From assembly GCF_009834535.1 (NCBI RefSeq), contig NC_045697.1, forward strand, positions 8,742,001 through 8,806,000: a stretch of DNA of 64,000 bases. Direction: 5' to 3'. This document shows, one piece after another, positions 49,081 to 58,596 of the stretch (positions are counted from its first letter, which is position 1; every line of letters starts with the position of its first letter). Source of the stretch: Camelus ferus (taxonomy: Eukaryota). Both the position numbers and the translations under genes were made by a program. The notes below the pieces were generated by a model. The model was not told where the DNA came from and did no database searches. It saw only the letters and a program-made list of their open reading frames with translations.

Positions 49081-49214
49081 CACATGCTCCTAACCAAAAA
49101 ATGAAAGCATTTAATTATCCATTCTTTCCCACATATTATTTAACAAGTGTTTATTAAGTTGGCACTTTGTGTCAGGAATCAAAGTGTAAAAGCCTCTGCA
49201 CTGTCAGGAGTCAT

Positions 49215-49365
49215 CTGCCACGTGTGGCCACTGAAATTTAAATTAAGTTGACTACAATTAAAAAGTCAGTCTTTCATTCACTGACCACATTCAAATGCTC
49301 AACAGTCACACATGGCTGGTGGCTACTACTAGACAAGGCAAACAGAGAACACTTCCATCACTGCA
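49215..49365 (-). mobile_element. MER3-like hAT relic
   Basis: CCACGTGTGGCC...AAATTTAAATT...CCACATTCAAATGCTCAA...ACATGGCTGGTGGCTAC. Confidence 0.6.
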
Positions 49366-49779
49366 GCAATGGCGTCGTTACGGACCGAGACCACAACCGT
49401 ATGAAGCACAGAAGGGCTATTATCACATATACGTTACTACGGTGCTTCACTAGTTCGGGGTGGGGGGGACCTGCTTATGATATAAAATAAGGACCTCAGT
49501 GACATCTGGCTGGGTCCCAGGCCCAGGTTACAGAGAGAGGCTGGGTTTTTGTGATTTCCAGGGGCTGGGTATTCTGCAGGAACAATCTAGTTTCTCAGTC
49601 AAGTCCAGAAAGACCCTGGAGGTATCAAGTAAGTCTGGAAACAAACCAGACTCAAGCGTTATAAAGTAAAAAAATTACTACCCTCAAGAATTTTCTATGT
49701 TATTGGCCCACCATTTTGGATACGAAGATAATATGATTCTCAAACACGTCTGAAACAGAAACACAAATACTCTCAGTAC

Positions 49780-49852
49780 CTAGCTCATCTTCTGAAGAGA
49801 GGTACTGCTTCTTCCTTTTTCTTTTAGGCATATCCGTTTCTTCCTCTTCAAC
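49780..49852 (-). CDS. BOD1L1: BOD1L1 exon 16 (73 nt, phase 0-1), basic motif PKRKRKK
   Basis: tccag|GTT...CTAG|gtactg; VEEEETDMPKRKRKKQYLSSEDEL. Confidence 0.92.
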
Positions 49853-50485
49853 CTGGAATTAAGAGTGACTATATTAAAGGCAGTAGAATTTGGATCCAAA
49901 CCTACTAAAAGAGGGCACATATTGTATTAGTTTCTAGCTTTTGGAATAAAATTTCTAAAAATCTAGAATAATACTTCTGACATTTAGATCTGGATTAGAT
50001 TCATTTTATAAGCTTGAGTCTTCTTTTTTTTTTTTTTTTTTAAGATTTGAATGTAAATCCATTCAAAACATCCAAATCTATTTCTGGTTATTTCTAAAAT
50101 ATGTTAAAATATGCTAAAATAATTCTCTAAAATATATTAAAAAAAATTCTCATTACTATCTCTGAAATCAAGCTATGTCTTATAACTGATGGCATGCCAT
50201 AAGTTGATTGGCCGCACTTCTCTCCTCTCAGTGGCCCACTAAGGAACTGACGAAAGGCAGTATATGAAAAAACATTCTTGGCGATCCAGTATGGACATGC
50301 CCAAATAATCCTGGACCTGCCAAACTACCTAAAGCTTACAAGAGCATAAACAAGTCAAAGTAGTGCGGAGAACTCTTAACATATGCACTCAATTTTTAAT
50401 ACATACAAAGAAGCAAAGCCTTTGTGCACAGAAGGAAACACCACGCATAAAACATGAAATATTTGAATTTCGTATGAAAACCCAC

Positions 50486-50559
50486 CTCTTCAGTAGGATT
50501 TTCTCCAACACTATGACCTCTTGTGGCTTCCGTGTTGTCTCTTCCATCACTGGATATCT
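50486..50559 (-). CDS. BOD1L1: BOD1L1 exon 15 (74 nt, phase 1-0)
   Basis: ctcag|AG...GAG|gtgggt; (E)ISSDGRDNTEATRGHSVGENPTEE. Confidence 0.9.
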
Positions 50560-51653
50560 CTGAGTAATAAATTGGGAAAATGAAAGATCCTGTTTCAACA
50601 TCATCAGATTACAAGCCTTCAACACCAAAAGTCTGACAACACCAAACACGGGAGAAGGCGTGGAATGACAACTGCCGCACACTTGGGGACAATGCGGCCC
50701 ATTCAGAAAGCTGAAGAGGTGCCTATCAAACCAGCAACTCCACACCTAGAGTTACAGGGACACTGCATGTACACTGGGAAATTGGTGCGTGGTGGCTCTC
50801 TCTGTGGCTGGGACAAGCTGCAAAACCCCTAAATGTCCACTAACAAAAGAAGTAAAACAGTAACTGTGGTATAGTCACACAGTGTGACACTAAAGAGCCA
50901 CTGAAATAAAGCAACTAGAATTACACATATCAATATGACAAAAAAAGATGGGGATTGTGGAGGGTATAATGTGCATTCAACTATATCTGTAACATTTTAG
51001 AAAAAGGTTATGAAGCAAATGTTAACATTTTTATGTCATTTTAAGATAAGACAAATCTAGGTGATGGGTACATGGGAGTTTATAATTATTGCTGCTTTGC
51101 TTTGATTGAATATGGCACATAATACGTTATAAAAATAACCGTGTAGGGGATTAAGACCTCTTTCTCCATTCTTGGAATAAGGAATCAACATAATTCCACA
51201 TTTTGTTTGAGAAGAGCATGATTGCTCTGGAGTTGGCAGCCCCTAGGGCTGCGTGGACTGAGGGCCGGCTCCTGGGTGACGAGCCACACGAATGTGACTC
51301 CCTGCTCTGCCGCCACATGGAGGCTGCCTGTCTGGAGGCAACACAGTTGAGTACTTAACACAGAACTTGTCCTACAGTAAAAACCACAGGGACAATACAC
51401 CTTGTATTTACGCTGGATAAATCCGTTGTGAGGTTACCAGCAAAGTCCTGGTAGCTATTTAAGCACAAAGCACCGTGTACAAGCTACGTGGCCTTGAATG
51501 AGCCGCTGGACCTCTCCATGAACCAGTTTCCTCACTGGCACATGTGATGCCAGTCAACATTCACTTCACCAGATCATATGAATTAAATGAGAGAACATCT
51601 GCTAGGTAATCGTAATTAATATTAAAAGTCCTCCTATGAAATTCGTAACTTAC

Positions 51654-51711
51654 CTTCCTTGTTACGAGATATGCTATGAATTTCATTTGTTCTTGAGCCT
51701 GAATTTTCGAC
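51654..51711 (-). CDS. BOD1L1: BOD1L1 exon 14 (58 nt, phase 0-1)
   Basis: tatag|GTC...GAAG|gtaagt; VENSGSRTNEIHSISRNKE. Confidence 0.9.
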
Positions 51712-53169
51712 CTATACACACAATAGAAAAGGTTACTTACAGATAATCTCACAAAAATCTCAAAGGTTGGAAAAAAAAAAAAAAAGGAAGGTAATTTACA
51801 TAACCTGGCCATTTGTGGGAATGTTAAAAGGAACTAGAATATATGTTCTTTTAAATTTTACCCAGAAGCTCAAGAGCACAGGGTAATTTTCTTTCTGAAG
51901 AAGTTTCAGTTTAACAGGTTAACATCACACTGTTTATTCTTGTCTTTAAAATGGTTATGGCAAAAAAGCAAGATATAGGAGAGAAAAAGTTTTGGAATTG
52001 CATGAATTCTCTTCCCATCTAATGGCCTCTCATGATTTTCTTTTCTCTTTACTTAAAAATATTGAAGGATTCTGTCATTCTGTTATAAGGCTTCCCTTTG
52101 GCAAATCTCACCAATTATACTTTTTTTTTTTTTAAACTGAGGGGAAGTCTCAGAATATCCTACAACATTCTAATTCCTAATTACAGAATTTCATATTTGG
52201 AAAGGATGGTTATACTTAGACGAGGAAGAGGCAGCTGCTGGGGGACTCGGGGAAACAAGGTAGGACCAGCACATGCTGGGGGAGTTCACAACACTTCGCT
52301 GGCTCTGGAGGTTTCAGCCACATTTAGAATTCTTTTAACTTCGGGGTGGGGCTAAACCTGAACAGAATCGGGGGAGCTTTTCTCTTCCTTTTACTCAGCA
52401 GACTGTGTGTGTTTCTAGATGCAAACTGGGATGTTTCAACAAGGTGGGGTAAGCCCTCTGATGCTGTGGGTGTCTGGTAGCAAGCAGAGCTCTTCTGAGT
52501 CCTCTGGGGCACTGAGAGACTGTGCTGGCTGCCTGCGATTTGCAAGCACTTTACAAAATGCTCACTCCTCTATGCATTAAGAAAAACAATCAAAAAAACC
52601 ACAAAAAAACCTTTCAAGCACAAAAGGGATTGTGAGAACCGCAGCTGGGAAAAAATTTGTATATATGGCAATTATAGTTCAGTCTGTTCAAAAAAGCTTT
52701 CTAAAAACATAAAGTGAACTTTAGTTCTTAAATTCAGTTTGGCCTATAGTACCAGGATAATTTAAGACATGGTCCAATTTGCAATTCCATTATAGTAATA
52801 AAAAAAATAGAAAGTTTCTAGTTCTTTGAAGGGTTTCATTAGGATTACCAGGGGAATTGCCTGGTCTGAGGGGCCTGGGCCTCCTTCTGTTTCCTAGTTC
52901 TGGCTCACGACATTGGCCTAAAAAGCCACTAGAACACAGTGCTGCTGAATTCAGGCGGACTCCCTTTTTCTGACGTCAGTGCATATAGCTGAGCGTGGAA
53001 CTGGACGTGTCAGCAGGCTGAACCCGAATGAAGAGCACGTTTCAAGGGTCTCCTGTCTCCTAAAGAAATGTGCAGCGAGCCCCTCCCCTAAACGTAACCA
53101 CTCTCAAAACACCAAACCCAAATAACCCCAACCGATAACAACAAAACCCAAGCCATGTTGGTGACTTAC

Positions 53170-53213
53170 GTTTAGTGATTCAATCGCCAACGAAGGTGCC
53201 CTCTGAACTTCAG
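53170..53213 (-). CDS. BOD1L1: BOD1L1 exon 13 (44 nt, phase 1-0)
   Basis: aacag|CT...AAC|gtaagt; (A)EVQRAPSLAIESLN. Confidence 0.88.
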
Positions 53214-54664
53214 CTGTTCAAAAATGAGAAATAAGGAAACTGAATATTGTTTCTGAACCACAGAAAACTAATTTAGAGACTTCTGGGGTAGTTAAGCAGG
53301 ACTGTGTCACTAAGTGGCCTAGCTGCCTTTGTGGATTATAAAATTCTGACCAATTATTTTCTCCAGTCCGTGTGCTGTCACACTACAGGAAAACAACAAA
53401 AACAACGTTGCCTGCATTTTTACAATAATGGCAGTGATCCATTAAATCACTACAGTGACTTAACCATGTTGGTGATCTGAAGCTTCAAAGGAAGGTGGAA
53501 GGGAGCCTTTGCAGTTAACTGTTATGCCACAGTGTAACACTGGTTTGTTTAAAAATAATGCCATCAAATGAAAAGTTAGGCCCTATCCCCTCAAACTAGC
53601 AATGGTCTATTTATATTCTTTGGAAACTTGAAGTACAAAGTCTACTGTTTCTACTCAACGATGACAGAACACACATTTTTCTTTTAAACAACTTCCTTTT
53701 ACGTAAGTAGATCTCCTATTGAACTGCACCTAAACACAGTAAAGTAATCTGAAATACTACTATGGGAACAAAGGACTTCTGAATCTAAAAATGTTCCCTC
53801 CTTGACAATTAACAAATGGGATGTTAATTATCTGTACTGTAACACACACATACAAATTTTAACTAATGCATCTGTTCAAGTTTTGGGTAGATCAGTCATC
53901 GTTAGGGCTTTAGTATGTCAGCATGAATGACTTACCCAGTCTCGGGGTGGTCTTCCAGGACTGTCTGATACTTCTGTTTCTAAGGCTCTTGAGGTCACAT
54001 ACCTTGAAGGCTGCCCTTTCAGATGGTTTTGCCTTGGAAGGTGCCCACCCTGACTGCCCCAGATAGTCCTGGGTGAGGATTTAGACACACTACTCCTTAC
54101 ACGCTGCCCTTCCCTTTGCCTTGTCCATCAATACACACCTATTTATCCTTCAATATTTGGCTCCAAATTAGGGGGAGTGGCAAGTGCTCATGAAAATTCA
54201 AAAGTTATATATGCTTGGACCTCTCAGTTCACTTTTAAGAAAATACCTGGGCAAATACATGGTTACATGCATATGAAAGTTCATATTTATAACAGTACAA
54301 ACTACAAAAACTAGAGACCACTAAAAGGTCTAATAACAAATGAGAATAGTACATTACAGATGACTAATAAAACAAATGAAGTGGACCTGCACACAATGAC
54401 AATGAAGAATGCCCACAAAATATGGCTAAGTTAAAAAAAATTACAGAACAATATAATATATTCAGGTTCCTAAACTGAATCAGAGTAAGTCTGTCTCAGG
54501 GTTTCTGCCATGAATGACAGCAGCAAAGATATCTTCCCAGAGGCCAAGAATGAGAAAGCAACTACCTCCATCTGGGGCGAAGGGAGAAGATAAGAAATTG
54601 GACTTTGCAAGATGTATCTTTGCTCCTGGCTCACTGCTTTGCCTGAACTCTTCAGGTTTTTTAA

Positions 54665-54805
54665 TGCTATGGACTGGATGTTTATGTCCCCCCCAAAACT
54701 GAATATATTGCACCCCTCCCCCCATACATTGAAACCCTAATCCCCAGTGTGATGGTATTGAAGTCAGGGCCTTTGGGGGGTGATCAGATTTAGACGAGGT
54801 CATGT
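54665..54805 (+). mobile_element. MaLR LTR fragment (MLT1-like)
   Basis: TGCTATGGACTGGATGTTTATGTCCCCCCCAAAA...AATCCCCAGTGTGATGGTATTG matches the MLT1 5' end as recalled. Confidence 0.7.
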
Positions 54806-55403
54806 GTAAAGCAGAACATAATCCTGAGACCAAAGTGTTTGAGAACTGCTGCCCTAATCCTGTCTGATACTAGGATCTCCCCTAAAAACTCTTCAGTGGA
54901 TGCTGAAGGCTACCGCACAGAGAGACTGAGAAGAGGCTATGCAAGCTGGGAATAGCTTCAGTGACTCAGCCACAGTCAGAGTCCAAGGGCCAAGAGTATG
55001 AGGTTAAAAGAAGCAGGCACACAGGCTGCAGATTGGCCTTTGGAAATGAGCTGTGATAGCCTCTGGAAGGGCAGGAAGGGCCACAGAGACACAGTTTTGG
55101 GACAGAACAAGGGTTTGCTTCAAAGTAAAATTTTTGGGCCACAATTATTTGGAGAGATCTGATTTAAACAATTACCTTTCATAATACTGATTGACACAAT
55201 ACTGATTTGACACTTCATGAGAAAAAGTATACGTTAAAAATGAAAATAGTACAGAGTCTTCTCTACTCTATGTTAAAAAGCGAGAGGTAAATTCATATAG
55301 CCTGTCAGTGTTTTATGAATTAGCGATCAATCTTAAGCTGCAATAAAAGGTAAAACCACATGCAAGGAAAAAATTATGTGAATAACTGCCAAAAGGAATT
55401 TAC

Positions 55404-55488
55404 CTATTCCACTCAGATTTCTCCCACTTGGACTTTCTGGTGGTGCTGGAATTTCATGATTTTTCTCTTCCTCTGATGGCGCAAATAT
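55404..55488 (-). CDS. BOD1L1: BOD1L1 exon 12 (85 nt, phase 0-1)
   Basis: ttttcag|ATA...ATAG|gtaaat; IFAPSEEEKNHEIPAPPESPSGRNLSGI. Confidence 0.9.
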
Positions 55489-55649
55489 CTGAAAAGTCCA
55501 AAGCATCATAACAGGTAAGTTAACTGAGGTTTTTAAAACAAGACGACTAATCTCGAGTGCGTTAAACAAAATACACAGCATCCTGTGACAATATAAAGGT
55601 CTACTTTCAAGTCTGTGAAATTTAAACATGAATATATGTCAACCTTTAA

Positions 55650-55673
55650 AAACAAACAAACAAACAAACAAAA
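55650..55673. repeat. (AAAC)n microsatellite
   Basis: Direct reading. Confidence 0.85.
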
Positions 55674-55699
55674 GAAAATCAAACTAATCTCATATTTCA

Positions 55700-56500
55700 T
55701 CCATCAGTGACTCTTCTATTGCTTTAAAGTAAACTCCAGCTGAGTCCAGCACACAAGGCCCTTCCTGATCCGGCCCCACTCCTCCCAGGGCTTGTCTCTC
55801 CACAGCTCACCCTGAACCACTGCAGTACCTGGGACTCACTATCTCCTCTGCCCTTTCTATGTCTAGCCCACTATTCTTGCCTGGAAGACTCTTTTTTCTG
55901 TCTCCTCTGGTACACTTCCACTCTACTTGCAGAATTCCACTCAAATGTCCTCCTTGCAAGCCCTCCTGCCTGCTGCCCACTGCTCCTGCTGGCAAGTCGA
56001 GCCTCCTGTGCACTGCTGTTCACAGCCCCCACAACTGCCATCTTGTCTCGCATACTCGGAGGGTGCCCTGAGATCAGGCTGGAAAGGAGGCATGGAGACT
56101 AAGCTGTGTAAGGCACATAGGTTGTGATAAAAAACCCAAACCAAAGAAACCGCTAGATTTTACTCTAAGTATGAGGGGAAATCACTGGAAAGTTCAAGCA
56201 GAGCAATGACATGACCTAGTTTATGTTTTTCAAGATAACTCTCAGGGCTGTGTGGGGTCTGGAGGAGGGGTTGGAGAGGAAGGAAGTCCAAGAGAGAAAC
56301 TACTGAAGTGGTGGCTTAGACAAGGGTGGCAGCTGGAGAAACAGAAACAGATGGATTCAAGCTATATTTTCAAAGTGGAAACAATCAGAATTGGCCGTGG
56401 ACTAAATGTGGGGTTACAGGGAGAAACCAGGGTGACTCCTGGGGTTCTGGCTGAGTAGATGGAACCGACGATGGCACTATTATCTGAGATTCTGAGGGTC
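55700..56500. mobile_element. L2-like fragments
   Basis: CAAGGCCCTTCCTGATCCGGCCCC and GCAGAGCAATGACATGACCTAG motifs resemble L2. Confidence 0.45.
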
Positions 56501-56660
56501 TTAGCTCTTCTCCCCACAGGATGTGACAGTAACAATACTTAAACATCTTAAGCACAATGAGAACAGGGGCTATGTTCTGCTCAAGTGTACATGTGTCTGC
56601 GTGTGGGGACAAGGTACTTACACCACTGACAGCTCAGCACAACCGAATCATCAGCCATAC

Positions 56661-56725
56661 CTCAGTTTCCAAGTTGGCTTTCGGTCCCTGTCCTCTCAAG
56701 TCACTCGATGGAGACTCTTCACTGC
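56661..56725 (-). CDS. BOD1L1: BOD1L1 exon 11 (65 nt, phase 1-0)
   Basis: ttag|GC...GAG|gtatgg; (G)SEESPSSDLRGQGPKANLETE. Confidence 0.88.
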
Positions 56726-58596
56726 CTAATGAAATTCAAACCATTAGATCAATTTAAGAATCTGTGAGCAAAATACATCCTGAATCAAAAGGTAACAGAA
56801 AGTTGTATCTAGCATGCCATTCCCTCTTCCTCCGCTCTCAGCAGAAAACAATAAAAAGGAGTATATATGAAAATTCTCAGATGAAAGGCAAGGGGTCATT
56901 GACTCTTTTTTGGGGGGGTTGGGGATAAAAATGCTTCTTGTTCTTAAGATGGCCACCCAGAAAGAATGACACAATATTATTTGTGAAGTCATCGTATTTC
57001 CAAGTGCTTTTCTACAGTGATTTGCATTAAGTATGTCCCTAAAAGAAAGTATTCTCTGCCACTGAGATATATTCTCAGTAAAGGTGATTTGTGAACAGAC
57101 TCACTTTACATGCATCATGCTGATACAGCAAAGCTGAACATACAGTTGAAAAACTGTGAAGTTGATAAAAAGAGAATGGCATTTTCTCTGGTGGAGACTC
57201 AAATCTATCTCGTCCTGGCCCTCTCTTTCCTTCTCTCCTCTGTCCTGCGACTCGCGGCTTCTAGCTTCCTTTACCTGCCCACATGCAAGCCTCAAAGAAA
57301 AGCCTTCCTTCCTCTAAGAGGCTGCAGGCTTTCCCTTGCTGAAAGCCCTTCTAGTTCTGCTTCTTCAGGGGGAAGAAAGTGGGGGAGGGAGGGAGGGCGT
57401 AGCAATAAAGTAGCAGTAGCAATGGTTGAGTCACAAAAACTTCCAGAGCATCCAATTTATCTCAGGCTAAATTCAATGGAAATTTTTAAAGTTACTTATT
57501 TCAACTGTTGGAACATTTCTTAATGTCTCCTATAACCAAGAGGACTAAATCTACTGGTCTCAGCCTCTGGAGGCTGCATTTAGATGATGTCTAAGACCCA
57601 TTCCAGTTTAGAAGTCCAGGATACTACAATTTATAAAATTAGAGTGGAAAAGAAGTCAACACTCCTGACTGCTTCAAGCCCAGCCCATGTGACCCCTGAG
57701 TTCTCACAGCATCCTCTGGTTAACCCTATTCTAAGTGCCTGTCACATTGCAGTGTCACTGATTACGTACAAAACATTGCAGAATTCACAGCTGTCTTCCC
57801 ATCTGGACTATTGTTTTTGAGTCCACAGTGGTACCTGGTGTAACATGTCTGAAGTGGGAGGGCATGAATGACCGAGCTCAGAGCTTGTACGTTTGAAAGT
57901 TATCAACTATTTCTAATAAGACCAGCACTCTCTGAAATCTACCAGGAGGAAACACGTTTCTTTTCTTTTTTCAAACAAATTCTAAACCGGAAACTAACTT
58001 ATTTATGTGAACAATAAATTACAATTAAAAAAAAAAGTGCTCCCTTGATTAGAAGCAGCCAGCCCGCCGGCACTGACACGTCCTTTGAATCTGTAAGTCA
58101 GATGGAGGTTGGACTGATGCTTGTTTTTGTACTATTATCCCCCTGTCATACAAGGCTCAGAGCTAACCTTTCTTAAGTAGCATCTGAGTACTATTCAAGT
58201 TATTTAAACTCTCTGAACCTTTTTTCCTCATCTGAAAAAGGAGGATGATTTAAAATAAATACCCATTTCACAGGGCTGCTGTAAAGTATCTTCATTTTGA
58301 TTCATAAGAACCCTGAAGGTCAAATAGGTTTAGTAACTTGCAACCATCCTGCGGATGACACTTGTCCAGCTGACGTCCTGGCTCTCAGCCTCCTGCCTCT
58401 ACACTCATTGCACGTAAGTAAGTGGGTCTAACTTTAAGTTTTAAACACAATTTTAGAGAAGCTTGACCTTCAAGATGGATGAGAGTTATTCTGTGACATT
58501 CTAGAACCAAAACCATCTTTTAAAAGATGGTCTTAAATGTCCTCTACATACAATTATCTTTGTAAAATGTGAAAACTTGCAGTTAGAGATTCTCAC

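Noticed and set aside
58583-58596. ORF-track ending GENL-stop suggesting a truncated BOD1L1
   Set aside because: This is read-through past a good donor (AG|GTGAGA). I found no canonical intronic polyA signal in the following intron on the minus strand.
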